A DNA stretch of 64,000 bases from an uncultured Clostridium sp. (GCA_964448835.1 CAYUXK010000004.1:409-64408); one strand, 5' to 3'. Shown: positions 18,207-28,820, counted from the first letter of the stretch. Program-made: numbers and translations. Notes: generated from the letters alone by a model not told the origin.

Positions 18207-20315
18207 ATGTCTAAACTGATTATCGTTGAGTCGCCGGCAAAGGCGAAAACAATCAAAAAATATCTCGGCAGCGACTTTAAAGTGGTTGCCTCAATGGGGC
18301 ATATCCGCGATTTGCCTGCGGCAAAGCTCAGCGTTGATGTTAAAAACGATTTTGCGCCAAAATACGCGCTTATTAAAGGCAAGGAGAAGCTGGTTAAGGA
18401 AATCCAGGATATGGTCAGCGCCAGCGATAAGATTTACCTTGCCGCCGACCCCGACCGCGAAGGGGAGGCCATCTCGTGGCACCTCGCGACGGTGCTCGGG
18501 CTCGACCTTGACAGCAAAAACAGAGTTACCTTCAACGAAATTACACAGACAGGCATAACAAACGGCATGGCGAACCCGCAAAAGGTGAACCTCGACCTGG
18601 TCAACGCTCAGCAGGCGCGCAGGATTCTTGACCGCCTTGTCGGTTACCGTCTGAGCCCGTTTGTGTCGCAAAAAATCCGCCGCGGTCTTTCCGCGGGCAG
18701 GGTTCAGAGCGTCGCGGTGCGGCTCATAGTTGACCGCGAAAGCGAAATCAGCGCTTTCGTGCCCGAGGAATATTGGATAATTGACGCTAAGCTCACAAGC
18801 GCTCAGCGCAAGGTTTTCACCGCTACGCTTGCCTCGGATGAGAAGGGCAAGGTAAAAATCGAAAGCAAGCAGCAGGCGCAGGCTTACCTTACAAGGCTTG
18901 ACGGCGCCCAATACAGCGTTAAATCCGTCAAAAAAGGCACAAGAAAAAAGAACCCCATGCCTCCATTCATTACATCAACCCTGCAGCAGGAGGCTTCGCG
19001 CAAGCTCGGCTTCCAAGCGGAGCGGACAATGCGCATAGCCCAGGAGCTTTATGAGGGTGTCAACATCAAGGGCGTCGGCATGATGGGTGTTATAACCTAC
19101 ATGAGAACCGACTCACTTCGCATATCCGAGGAGGCGAGAGCCGCCGCGAACGATTACATTGTCAACACCTTCGGCGCGGCATATCTGCCCGACAAGCCGA
19201 ATTATTATAAATCCCGCGCCAACGCGCAGGACGGTCACGAGGCAATCAGACCGTCGAGCCCCTCTCTTACGCCCGAAATGGTCAAGGAAAGCCTTACGGC
19301 CGACCAGTTTAAGCTTTATTCGCTTATCTGGAAGCGCTTTGTCGCCTGCCTTATGTCAAGCTGCGTGCAGGACACGGTTAAGGCGGAGATCCTTGCACAA
19401 AAAGATGGCGAAAGCAATAAGTACTGCATTTTTTCCGCGGCGGGCTATTCGGTTAAGTTTGACGGCTTCACTCGCCTCTACGAGGTTACCGAGGAGGATG
19501 AAGAAAAGGGCGGCGCTCTGCCTGAGCTCAAGGCTGACGAGGCTGTTAAGCTCAAGGAGCTCATGAGCAACCAGCACTTTACCCAGCCCCCTGCCCGCTT
19601 CACCGAGGCTTCTCTGATTAAGGAGCTTGAAGAAAACGGCATCGGCCGCCCCAGCACCTACGCCACGATTCTGTCAACGATTATCAGGCGCGAGTATGTT
19701 CAGCGAAACGCAAAGCAGCTTGTGCCCACCGAGCTTGGCACGGTGACGACAAACCTGCTTAAAGAAAGATTCCCTAAAATAGTTAACGCCAAATTCACCG
19801 CTCAGCTTGAAACGAACCTTGACGAGGTCGGCGGCGGCACGATGGATTATGTGGCGATGCTTCATGGCTTTTATGACGAGTTCGAAAAAACTCTTGAGAA
19901 GGCCAAGGAGGACATGAAGGACGTAAAAATTCAGCTTGAGGAGGACACTACGGACATCCCCTGCGACAAATGCGGCAGGATGATGGTTGTCAAATCAGGC
20001 CGTTTCGGCAAATTCCTTGCCTGCCCGGGGTATCCCGCGTGCAAAAACACAAAGCCGCTCATGTCAAACACGGGCGCGAAGTGCCCCAGCTGCGGCAGTG
20101 AAATAATAGAAAGAAAATCTAAAAAAGGCCATACATTTTTCGGCTGCTCAAGTTGGCCGAAATGCAGCTTTATGAGCTGGGACGCCCCCGCGGGCGAGGA
20201 CTGCCCGCAATGCGGCAAGACCTTATTCATAAAGAAAGTCGGTAAAATATATTGCGCGACCGAGGGCTGCGGCTATGAAAAAAAGGCGCCCTCAAAGAAA
20301 AAAGTAAATGACTGA
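18207..20315 (+). CDS. topA: DNA topoisomerase I
   Basis: IVESPAK, DPDREGE, SAGRVQS, ITYMRTDS, C-terminal Zn ribbons. Confidence 0.98.
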   Translation: MSKLIIVESPAKAKTIKKYLGSDFKVVASMGHIRDLPAAKLSVDVKNDFAPKYALIKGKEKLVKEIQDMVSASDKIYLAADPDREGEAISWHLATVLGLDLDSKNRVTFNEITQTGITNGMANPQKVNLDLVNAQQARRILDRLVGYRLSPFVSQKIRRGLSAGRVQSVAVRLIVDRESEISAFVPEEYWIIDAKLTSAQRKVFTATLASDEKGKVKIESKQQAQAYLTRLDGAQYSVKSVKKGTRKKNPMPPFITSTLQQEASRKLGFQAERTMRIAQELYEGVNIKGVGMMGVITYMRTDSLRISEEARAAANDYIVNTFGAAYLPDKPNYYKSRANAQDGHEAIRPSSPSLTPEMVKESLTADQFKLYSLIWKRFVACLMSSCVQDTVKAEILAQKDGESNKYCIFSAAGYSVKFDGFTRLYEVTEEDEEKGGALPELKADEAVKLKELMSNQHFTQPPARFTEASLIKELEENGIGRPSTYATILSTIIRREYVQRNAKQLVPTELGTVTTNLLKERFPKIVNAKFTAQLETNLDEVGGGTMDYVAMLHGFYDEFEKTLEKAKEDMKDVKIQLEEDTTDIPCDKCGRMMVVKSGRFGKFLACPGYPACKNTKPLMSNTGAKCPSCGSEIIERKSKKGHTFFGCSSWPKCSFMSWDAPAGEDCPQCGKTLFIKKVGKIYCATEGCGYEKKAPSKKKVND

Positions 20316-21621
20316 CGCGATAGTTGTCGGCGGCGGCTTTGCGGGATGTGAGGCGGCGTGGCAGCTGGCGAAAAGGGGTTTTAGCGTAACTCTTTACGAA
20401 ATGAAGCCAAAAAAATTCTCGCCCGCTCACACGAGCGGCGGGCTCGCGGAGCTTGTTTGCTCAAATTCGTTTAAGGCGGTGCGGCTCGGCTGCGCCGCGG
20501 GGATGCTCAAGGCCGAAATGGAGCTTTTGGGCTCTCTTTGTGTTGAATGCGCCAAAGAGACCGCTGTACCCGCAGGCGGCGCTTTAGCCGTCGACAGGGA
20601 CAAATTTTCCGCCCTTGTTACCTCAAGAATCGAGTCGCAGCCGCTTATAAAAGTGCTTCGCGAGGAGGTTACCGACATACCTGAGGGCAAGGCTGTTATT
20701 ATTGCCGCCGGGCCGCTTGCCTCCGAGGCGCTTTCGGATAAAATATCCGCTCTGTGCGGCGGCAGCTTAGCGTTCTTTGATGCGGCGGCGCCGATTATTA
20801 CAGGGGAAAGCATTGACCGCAGCAAGGCCTTTGAGCAGTCGCGTTACGACCGCGGTGAGCCCGAGGATTACATTAACTGCCCGATGGATAAAGAGGAATA
20901 CGAGGCGTTTTATTCGGCTCTAATAACCGCCGAAAGCGCGCCGCAGCACGACTTTGATATCAAAAAGGGCGTCTACGAGGGCTGTATGCCGATTGAGGTT
21001 ATGGCAAAGCGCGGGCGTGATACAATACGCTTCGGACCGATGAAGCCGGCGGGGCTTGTGAACCCCGCTACGGGGCATCGCCCGTGGGCGAACCTTCAGC
21101 TTCGTAAAGAGAACAGCGCGGGCACAATGTATAACCTTGTGGGCTTTCAGACCAATTTAAAGTTCGGCGAGCAAAAGCGAGTGTTTTCAATGATACCCGC
21201 CCTCGCAAACGCCGAATTTGTGCGCTACGGAGTTATGCACCGAAACACCTTTATTGATTCCCCGCGCCTGCTTAACGCTGATTTTTCTTTCCGCGCTTGT
21301 GACCGGCTGTGGTTCGCGGGGCAGATAACAGGCGTTGAGGGCTATATGGAATCCGCTTCATCCGGAATTGTCGCCGGTATCAACGCGGCAAGAACGCTCG
21401 AGGGCAAAAATTCGTTTGTGCCGCCGCGCGAAACGATGCTCGGCGCGCTTATGGCATATATCGCGGACGATTCGGTTAAAAGCTTTCAGCCCATGGGAGC
21501 GGCGTTCGGTTTGCTGCCGCCGCTTGATGAAAAAATACGGGATAAAAAACTGCGTTATGAGGCGCTTTCACAGCGGGGACTCGCCGTTCTTAAAGAAAAA
21601 ATTTCGCAAGATTTAATATAA
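20308..21621 (+). CDS. trmFO: tRNA (uracil-54) methyltransferase TrmFO
   Basis: GGGFAGCEAAWQ, ELVCSNS, RYGVMHRN, AGQITGVEGY. Confidence 0.95.
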   Translation: MTDAIVVGGGFAGCEAAWQLAKRGFSVTLYEMKPKKFSPAHTSGGLAELVCSNSFKAVRLGCAAGMLKAEMELLGSLCVECAKETAVPAGGALAVDRDKFSALVTSRIESQPLIKVLREEVTDIPEGKAVIIAAGPLASEALSDKISALCGGSLAFFDAAAPIITGESIDRSKAFEQSRYDRGEPEDYINCPMDKEEYEAFYSALITAESAPQHDFDIKKGVYEGCMPIEVMAKRGRDTIRFGPMKPAGLVNPATGHRPWANLQLRKENSAGTMYNLVGFQTNLKFGEQKRVFSMIPALANAEFVRYGVMHRNTFIDSPRLLNADFSFRACDRLWFAGQITGVEGYMESASSGIVAGINAARTLEGKNSFVPPRETMLGALMAYIADDSVKSFQPMGAAFGLLPPLDEKIRDKKLRYEALSQRGLAVLKEKISQDLI

Positions 21622-21717
21622 CTACACATTTTATTTGATATTTTTTATGATATGGAGTATAATTTTACCGTGAAACGATAGATTTTATTGAGAAGCTATC
21701 TATCTGGAGGGATTAAG

Positions 21718-21945
21718 ATGCATCTTGACAAAGTTATTGAATTTGTTTGCGGTGAACTTGGCGTTGATTCCGCGCTGGCGAGCGAATACACCCCGCTCGG
21801 CGAAATCTTCAGCGACGAGACGGAGGCCGCCGAGCTTTCGCTTGCGCTCGAGAGTGAATACGGAATCGAAATTGACGAGGAGCTTGACGGCAAAATGACC
21901 ATCGGCGAGCTTGTTGAAATGATAGAGGAATTACAGGAAATATAA
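21718..21945 (+). CDS. Acyl-carrier-protein-like protein with atypical attachment motif
   Basis: 75 aa, very acidic; ELGV...ELSLALESEYGIEI...TIGELV matches the ACP pattern; immediately upstream of rnc; GGAGG RBS. Confidence 0.7.
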   Translation: MHLDKVIEFVCGELGVDSALASEYTPLGEIFSDETEAAELSLALESEYGIEIDEELDGKMTIGELVEMIEELQEI

Positions 21946-21961
21946 ATTCGGAAAGAAGTGC

Positions 21962-22648
21962 ATGCAAATAATGTCTGAGTATTTGCAGGAATTTCAAAAA
22001 AGATTGGGATATGCGTTTAAGAACGAGGCCCTGCTTGTCAGGGCCCTGTCGCATTCGTCATATGTTAACGAGAAGCAAGACGGGTCTGAGAGCAATGAGC
22101 GCCTGGAGTTCCTTGGCGACTCTGTTCTCGGCTTCATAACCGCTGACCTTTTCTTTGACAGCTATGCTCATCTGCCCGAGGGCGAGCTTACCAAATACCG
22201 CGCGGCGGCGGTTTGCGAAAAATCGCTGAGCGTTTTTGCACGCGAGCTTGACATCGGTGGCGTTTTGCATCTTGGCAAGGGCGAGGAAAGGACAGGCGGG
22301 CGTAACAGGCCGTCAATTCTCGCCGACGCCTTTGAGGCTGTGCTTGCCGCGGTTTACCTTGACGGCGGAATCGGAGAGGCGCGCAAGCTCGCTGTGCGTT
22401 TTGTGGGTCGGGAGGAAATTATTCCCTCGGTTACCGACTACAAAACACGCCTTCAGGAGATTGTGCAAAAAAACCCCGAGGAGCTCCTTGAATATATCGT
22501 TGTCAACGAGAGCGGCCCCGATCATAACAAGACATTTGAGGTTGAGGTCCATTTAAACAGCAATGTTATCGGCCGCGGCACCGGGCGAAGCAAGAAAATT
22601 GCGGAGCAGGAGGCGGCGCGTGAGACGCTTGCCCTGATGGGCGTATGA
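21962..22648 (+). CDS. rnc: Ribonuclease III
   Basis: SNERLEFLGDSVL, ADAFEA, dsRBD DYKTRLQE. Confidence 0.97.
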   Translation: MQIMSEYLQEFQKRLGYAFKNEALLVRALSHSSYVNEKQDGSESNERLEFLGDSVLGFITADLFFDSYAHLPEGELTKYRAAAVCEKSLSVFARELDIGGVLHLGKGEERTGGRNRPSILADAFEAVLAAVYLDGGIGEARKLAVRFVGREEIIPSVTDYKTRLQEIVQKNPEELLEYIVVNESGPDHNKTFEVEVHLNSNVIGRGTGRSKKIAEQEAARETLALMGV

Positions 22649-23640
22649 AGCATATAAATGTTGCCCTGTTTGTTGTTCACGAGGGCTGCCCGAATTACTG
22701 CAGCTTCTGTAACCAGCGCAGTATCTCCGGGGTTAAGCAGCGCCTGACAGCCGAGCAGGTTGACGCCGCCGTAGCCACGGCGCTCGAGTCAAATGAGGAG
22801 CAGGCGGCGCAGGGCGAGATTGCTTTTTTCGGCGGCAGCTTTACCATGATTGAGCGCTCATATATGCTCGAGCTGCTCAGCACCGCTAAAAAATACATTG
22901 ACCGCGGCAAATTCCGCGGGATTCGGATATCCACAAGGCCTGACGGAATTGACGCGGAGATTTGCTCCATTCTTAAAGAATATGGCGTAACGAGCGTTGA
23001 GCTCGGCGCTCAGAGCATGGACGACGAGGTTCTTATTAAAAACCGCAGGGGGCACACGGCAAAGCAAGTGGCGGATGCCTGCGCTTTCTTGCACTCCTTC
23101 GGGTTTGAGGTCGGCTTGCAGATGATGACGGGGCTTTACGGCTCACGGGATGAGGACTGCATTCTAACCGCCGAAAAGCTGATTAAGCTTTCGCCCGCCT
23201 CCATGCGGATTTATCCCACGGTGGTGCTTGAGGGCACCGAGCTTGCCGAGAGGATGCGAAGGGGCGAATACACCCCGCAGAGCGTTGAGAGCGCGGTGGA
23301 GCTTTGCGCAAGGTTGCTTTTGATGTTTGATGAGGCCGAAATACCTGTTATCCGCCTCGGGCTTCACTCGGGCAAAGGTGTAGAGGACGGCTTTCTGGCC
23401 GGCGCCTATCACCCGGCCCTGCGTGAAAAATGCGAAAGCTGCGTTTACCGTGAGCTTACATTAAAGGAGCTCGGCGAAGACAAAAATGTAATTGTTGCCG
23501 TCAACAAAAGCGAGCTTTCCAAGTTTATTGGTCAGAAGCGTGAAAACATTGAATATTTCAATCAAGCGGGATACACCGTGCAGGCGCTTCCCGTGGATTT
23601 TCTTAAAAAATACGAGATCAAAGTCTATGGCGACCGCTGA
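22645..23640 (+). CDS. Radical SAM protein (Elp3/YhcC-like)
   Basis: CPNYCSFC, FFGGSFT, STRPD, ELGAQS. Confidence 0.88.
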   Translation: MKHINVALFVVHEGCPNYCSFCNQRSISGVKQRLTAEQVDAAVATALESNEEQAAQGEIAFFGGSFTMIERSYMLELLSTAKKYIDRGKFRGIRISTRPDGIDAEICSILKEYGVTSVELGAQSMDDEVLIKNRRGHTAKQVADACAFLHSFGFEVGLQMMTGLYGSRDEDCILTAEKLIKLSPASMRIYPTVVLEGTELAERMRRGEYTPQSVESAVELCARLLLMFDEAEIPVIRLGLHSGKGVEDGFLAGAYHPALREKCESCVYRELTLKELGEDKNVIVAVNKSELSKFIGQKRENIEYFNQAGYTVQALPVDFLKKYEIKVYGDR

Positions 23641-23670
23641 TTTGCGGTTAGCGACAGAAGAGGTACGCAG

Positions 23671-26600
23671 ATGATTTTAAAGGCACTTGAAATGCAGGGC
23701 TTTAAATCTTTTCCGGACAAGACCGTTCTTGAATTCGGCAAGGGCATAACCTGCGTTGTCGGCCCGAATGGCGCGGGCAAAAGCAATATTTCCGATGCTG
23801 TGCGCTGGGTTTTGGGCGAGCAGTCCACAAAGTCGCTGCGCGGCGCTCGCATGGAGGATGTTATTTTCAGCGGCACGGGTGTGCGCAAGGCCGTGGGCTT
23901 CGCGGAGGTTACGCTTCGCCTTGATAACAGCGACAGAGGGCTTAACGGCTGCGATAAGGACGATGTCAGCGTAACGCGGCGTTACTATCGCTCGGGCGAG
24001 AGCGAGTACCTCATTAATGGCGGGATTTGCCGCCTGCGCGATGTTCACGAGCTGTTTATGGATACCGGTCTTGGCAGGGACGGCTACTCTCTTGTCGGTC
24101 AGGGCAGAATTGCCGAGCTTGTTTCGGCGCGTTCAAGCCAGCGGCGCGATATGATTGAGGAGGCGGCGGGAATTTCGCACCTTCGTTATCGCAGAGAGGA
24201 CGCAAGCCGCCGCTTGGAGCAGGCGGAAGAGAACCTGATTCGTCTGCGCGATATTTTAAGCGAGCTTGACGACAGAATAGGACCGCTCAAGGCTCAAAGC
24301 GACAAGGCGCAAAAGTTTCTTGCCCTTGCAAAGGACAAAAGAGAGCTTGAAATCGGGCTTTGGCTACATACAATAGAGAAATCAACCGCCGGCCTGCGCG
24401 AGCAGGAAAACAGGCTTGCCCTTGCCTCATCACAGTATGAGCAGACAGGGCGGGAGCTTGAGGAGCTGGCTCAAAGCATTGAGCAGCATATCACCATAGG
24501 GCAGGAAATAACGCTCGAAATTGAGCGCGTGCGCCTCGAGACCGCCGCAGGCGAAGAAGAAGCCGCGGGCATCGAGGGTAAAATCGCGGTTGAAAACAAC
24601 ACCTTAGAGCATAACAACGAAACGATTGAAAGAATCACGAGGGATATGTCCGCCGCGTCGGAAACCTCGAGCAAAATACAGGCTCAAATTGACGCCGCCG
24701 AGGCTGAAATCGAGCAGCTCAATTTGCAGATTATCGAGAAAAGAGAGGCTCTTGAGGCAATTCTGGAGCAAGCGGAGCTTATCCGAGGTGAAGACAGCTC
24801 CAATTCTGACAAGGCAAGGCAATTGAGCGAGGCGATAACCGCCAAAACGATGCGTCTTTCAGATTGCAGGGTTGAGAAATCCACGGCTGAATCCACCATT
24901 GAGGAGCTTCGCGGCCGCATTGCCGCAATTGAGGAGGTTTTTGCCGCCCGCGGGGGCTTGCTCAAGGAGATTGAGGAAGAAAAAACACAGTGTAAATTAC
25001 AGCTGAGCGAAATCAGAGAAGAATTATCGGGCTACGAGAATTCCCTTGAGGGCTACGGGATGCTCGTTTCGTCAAAGACCGCGAAGGCCGACGCGGCGCG
25101 AAAAGAGACCGAGAGAATCAACCTTGACATATATCAAAAGAACGCACGCATATCGATGCTCAACGACCTCGAAAAAAACATGGACGGTTATCAGGGCAGC
25201 GTGCAAAAGGTTATTCAGCAGTCAAAGCGCGGCGTTTTGCGGGGAATTCACGGCACACTCTCGCAGCTTATCACGGTCGAGGGCGAGTATGCTGTAGCGG
25301 TTGAAACCGCTCTTGGCTCCGCGATTCAAAACATTGTTACCGACAATGAAGATGACGCGAAGCGCGCAATCAGCTTCCTTCAGGAGAACCGCGCGGGCAG
25401 GGCGACATTTTTGCCGATATCCGCAATCTCATCAAAGCCGTTTACCGAGAAAGGTCTGTCCGCCTGCGAGGGCTTTGTGGACATGGCAGACAAGCTGCTT
25501 ACATATGACAGCAAATATTCTGAAATTATCAAATCCTTCCTTTGCCGCACCGCCGTGGTCGACAATATCGACAGCGCGATTGCCATGGCAAAAAAATACT
25601 CATACCGCTTCAAAATAGTTACCCTTGACGGGCAGGTGCTTAACGCGGGCGGCTCAATGACGGGCGGCTCACGCGGGCAAAACACAGGATTTTTGAGCAG
25701 GGCAAACGAAATTGAGGATTTGCGCCAGGCGGTTAAACGCCTTGAGGGGCAGCTTGAAGAGAAACAGACACAGCTGAAATCAGTTCTCGGCGAGCTTTCG
25801 GGTGTTCAGGCGCAGCTTGACGCGACGAACGCCGAGATTTCAAAGAGCAAAGAGGCGCTTGTATACAAAGAGAGCGAGCTTAGCGTGCTTGAGGACCGCT
25901 ATGTTTCCGCAAAGGGGCACCTTGACGACCTGGCAGACGAAAAAGGACGCGCGAACGCGAGAGTCAAAGAGAATCAGGCGCTTGCCGCCGCCGCGCAAAG
26001 CGAATGTGATGCCCTGATTAGCGAAACCGAGGCGCTTACCGCCGAGCTGGCTTCGCTCGATGAAAGGCGCGGTACTCTTCTTGCCAGACGAGAGGAAACC
26101 GCCGACGCTCAGGCTCAGCTGAACCTTCAGGAGGTCGCGCTTCGCAAGGATATAGAGGCTAAAAAAGAGATTATCGGTGAATTACGCCGCCGCTTTGCTG
26201 TTCACGGCATGAAGGCGGATGAATTAAACGACGAAATTGCATCAATAGCACAAAACAGCATTGACGCCAAGGCGAGAATAGCCGAGCTTAAAGCGCGCGC
26301 TGAGCTTCTTCGTTCGCAGGGCTCTGATGCGAAGGCGCAGATTGCCGCTTTGGTTGAGCGCAGAACAAAGAGCGAGGCGCAGGGTGAGGTTATGCGCAGC
26401 GCCGAGCGCTCAAAGATGCAGGATAAAGAAAAAATCAGCGGCGAGCTTGCAAGACTCGAGGAGCGCAGAGATACAATGCGCGGCGAGATTGAAAACGCTC
26501 AAAACAAGCTTTATGACGAATACCAGCTTACCCTGCGAGAAGCGCAGGAGCTTGATATTAAAATAGAGGATATCCCGAAGGCGGGAAGAGAGCTGCAGGA

Positions 26601-27243
26601 GATTCGCTCCAAAATCCGCGCGCTCGGTAATGTCAATGTCGGCGCTGTGGAGGAATACAAAGAGGTCTATGAGCGCCATACCTTCATGAGCGCCCAGGTC
26701 AACGACATTGAGAAGGCAAAAGAAGCGCTCACGGCTCTCATCGGGGAGCTGACAGGCAAAATGGCGGAGCGCTTTCGCGAGCAGTTCAGGCGCATTAACA
26801 ACAATTTCGGCGAAACCTTCAAGGAGCTTTTTGACGGCGGACGCGCCGAGCTTGTGCTTGAGGATGCCGCCGATGTACTCGAATGCAACATTGACATCAG
26901 AGTTCAGCCCCCGGGCAAGAATGTTCAAAACATAGATTTGCTCTCGGGCGGTGAAAAGGGACTTTCGGCAATTGCTTTGCTTTTTGCAATATTAAAGGTT
27001 ACGCCCTCACCGTTTTGTATTTTTGACGAGGTTGAGGCGGCGCTTGATGATATTAACGTTTCACGCTATGCAAAGTATGTAAGGAGCATAACGGGCAACA
27101 CCCAGTTTATACTTATTTCCCACCGCCGCGGCACCATGGAGGAGGCAGACGTTCTCTACGGCGTTACGATGCAGGAGGAGGGCGTATCAAAGCTCCTTGA
27201 GCTTAAAACCGCCGAAATGGCAAAAAAACTCGGATTGGCATGA
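23671..27243 (+). CDS. smc: Chromosome segregation protein SMC
   Basis: GPNGAGKSN, long coiled coils, hinge, LSGGEK, FDEVEAALD. Confidence 0.98.
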   Translation: MILKALEMQGFKSFPDKTVLEFGKGITCVVGPNGAGKSNISDAVRWVLGEQSTKSLRGARMEDVIFSGTGVRKAVGFAEVTLRLDNSDRGLNGCDKDDVSVTRRYYRSGESEYLINGGICRLRDVHELFMDTGLGRDGYSLVGQGRIAELVSARSSQRRDMIEEAAGISHLRYRREDASRRLEQAEENLIRLRDILSELDDRIGPLKAQSDKAQKFLALAKDKRELEIGLWLHTIEKSTAGLREQENRLALASSQYEQTGRELEELAQSIEQHITIGQEITLEIERVRLETAAGEEEAAGIEGKIAVENNTLEHNNETIERITRDMSAASETSSKIQAQIDAAEAEIEQLNLQIIEKREALEAILEQAELIRGEDSSNSDKARQLSEAITAKTMRLSDCRVEKSTAESTIEELRGRIAAIEEVFAARGGLLKEIEEEKTQCKLQLSEIREELSGYENSLEGYGMLVSSKTAKADAARKETERINLDIYQKNARISMLNDLEKNMDGYQGSVQKVIQQSKRGVLRGIHGTLSQLITVEGEYAVAVETALGSAIQNIVTDNEDDAKRAISFLQENRAGRATFLPISAISSKPFTEKGLSACEGFVDMADKLLTYDSKYSEIIKSFLCRTAVVDNIDSAIAMAKKYSYRFKIVTLDGQVLNAGGSMTGGSRGQNTGFLSRANEIEDLRQAVKRLEGQLEEKQTQLKSVLGELSGVQAQLDATNAEISKSKEALVYKESELSVLEDRYVSAKGHLDDLADEKGRANARVKENQALAAAAQSECDALISETEALTAELASLDERRGTLLARREETADAQAQLNLQEVALRKDIEAKKEIIGELRRRFAVHGMKADELNDEIASIAQNSIDAKARIAELKARAELLRSQGSDAKAQIAALVERRTKSEAQGEVMRSAERSKMQDKEKISGELARLEERRDTMRGEIENAQNKLYDEYQLTLREAQELDIKIEDIPKAGRELQEIRSKIRALGNVNVGAVEEYKEVYERHTFMSAQVNDIEKAKEALTALIGELTGKMAERFREQFRRINNNFGETFKELFDGGRAELVLEDAADVLECNIDIRVQPPGKNVQNIDLLSGGEKGLSAIALLFAILKVTPSPFCIFDEVEAALDDINVSRYAKYVRSITGNTQFILISHRRGTMEEADVLYGVTMQEEGVSKLLELKTAEMAKKLGLA

Positions 27244-27284
27244 TAATCAGGAAATCTTATTTTTCAGGAAAGGTTTTGTACCGA

Positions 27285-28484
27285 ATGAATACTCAACAAG
27301 CAAAAAATTTGGTTATTGACGCGGGTAAGGAGCTTGTAAGAACAGGGCTTATCGCAAGAACATGGGGCAATGTCAGCTGCCGCATTAACGATAAAAGCTT
27401 TGTTATCACTCCCAGCGGCAAGGCCTATGACTCACTTACCCCCGACGATATAGTTGAGGTTGCGATTGACACGCTCGAATATAGCGGAGAGGTAAAGCCG
27501 TCCTCCGAAAAGGGCATTCACGCCGAGGTATACAAACTTCACGAGGATGCGAATTTTGTTATCCACACTCATCAGGATTTTGCGTCGGTTGTCAGCGTGC
27601 TTGATAAGGGCATTTCTCCGCTTACGGGCGAAGCAGCCAAAGTTATCGGCAACGAGGTTTTGATTGCCTCCTACGGTTTGCCCGGCACGGGTAAGCTGTG
27701 CAAGGGTGTATCCGAGGCGCTGGCCTCATCAAGCTCAAAGGCGATTATTATGGCGCGTCACGGCGCTCTTTGCTACGGCAAAGACAGCGACGAGGCCTTC
27801 GCGGTTGCCAATATGCTCGAAAAGGTTTGCGAGGACTATGTTCTTGATAAACAGGCAAAGGTTATGGGCGCAAGGAGCAGAAGCTACGGTGATTTTTGCC
27901 TTGACTATGCAAAGAAGTATTCTAAATCCGAAAATGTCGGCGAAATAGTAAACGCCGTGGTTTATAACAGCATCTGTTACAGAGATAAGGGCGAGGTGGT
28001 ATTCTCTGCCCCCAACTGCAGCGATGTGGTTATGCGCCTTTCCGACGGCTCACTTATAGGCGAGGGGCTTTTGCCTGCGTTTTCCGAGTACCACAGGAAT
28101 ATTTACCTTGTTAATCGCAAAGCGCATTTTATCGTTCACAACAATACCCCCGAGGTTGCAGCGGCGAGCGCGCTGGTCGAGAGCAAAAGACCGTTGACTG
28201 ACGATTTTGCGCAGATAGTCGGTTCAAAGATTTTAGTCGCCTCGAGCGCTGAGGATTGCAAGCGGGCAATAAAGAATGTTAACGCGGCGTTTATTAAGGA
28301 TTACGGCGCTCTGTGCTGCGGCAAAAACAAGGGCGACACTCACGCTGTTGATATGATTATGAGTAAGGCTTGCAAGGCGCTGTTTGCCGCGAAGCTTTTC
28401 GGCAACGAAGAGCCGATAGGCAGATTTGACGCGCATCTTATGAGATTTGTTTATTTAAAAAAATACTCAAAGAAGGCGGAGTGA
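27285..28484 (+). CDS. Class II aldolase/adducin family protein with two tandem domains
   Basis: TWGNVS, ITPSG, PSSE, HTH and MARHG in domain 1; a degenerate repeat follows. Confidence 0.85.
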   Translation: MNTQQAKNLVIDAGKELVRTGLIARTWGNVSCRINDKSFVITPSGKAYDSLTPDDIVEVAIDTLEYSGEVKPSSEKGIHAEVYKLHEDANFVIHTHQDFASVVSVLDKGISPLTGEAAKVIGNEVLIASYGLPGTGKLCKGVSEALASSSSKAIIMARHGALCYGKDSDEAFAVANMLEKVCEDYVLDKQAKVMGARSRSYGDFCLDYAKKYSKSENVGEIVNAVVYNSICYRDKGEVVFSAPNCSDVVMRLSDGSLIGEGLLPAFSEYHRNIYLVNRKAHFIVHNNTPEVAAASALVESKRPLTDDFAQIVGSKILVASSAEDCKRAIKNVNAAFIKDYGALCCGKNKGDTHAVDMIMSKACKALFAAKLFGNEEPIGRFDAHLMRFVYLKKYSKKAE

Positions 28485-28577
28485 TTATTTCAAAGCAAGC
28501 CGTGTTTTTAACCGCAGACAGCATTAGCTCGGCTTTTGCCTGTTAAAGCAAATTAAAACACCTGTATAGAATTTTCA

Positions 28578-28611
28578 CGGGAGGCAGAATTCATTGGAAT
28601 TTTGCCTCCCG
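28578..28611 (+). terminator. Hairpin/terminator after the aldolase gene
   Basis: CGGGAGGCAGAATTC/GAATTTTGCCTCCCG followed by a T-rich tract. Confidence 0.65.
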
Positions 28612-28820
28612 AGCTGTTTTTTGTACGGATGAAGGTAAAAAAAGCGCAAATACACTTGTATTTTAATTAAAATATCATTATAATGAATGTATATTGCCTT
28701 TATAATAGCGGAGCCTCGGATTTTACACAAAAGCTTAACAAAAAGTTAACAGCAAAATACGCGCACTGTAATATAATTTATTTACCGCGACGCGCCTTTC
28801 ATGAATGAGGAGGAAATAAA

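Noticed and set aside
18291-18911. 206-aa antisense ORF
   Set aside because: Shadow of topA
22645-23640. Radical SAM gene as part of a novel pathway
   Set aside because: The rnc-radical SAM-smc arrangement is common in Clostridia; no modifying or peptide partners nearby
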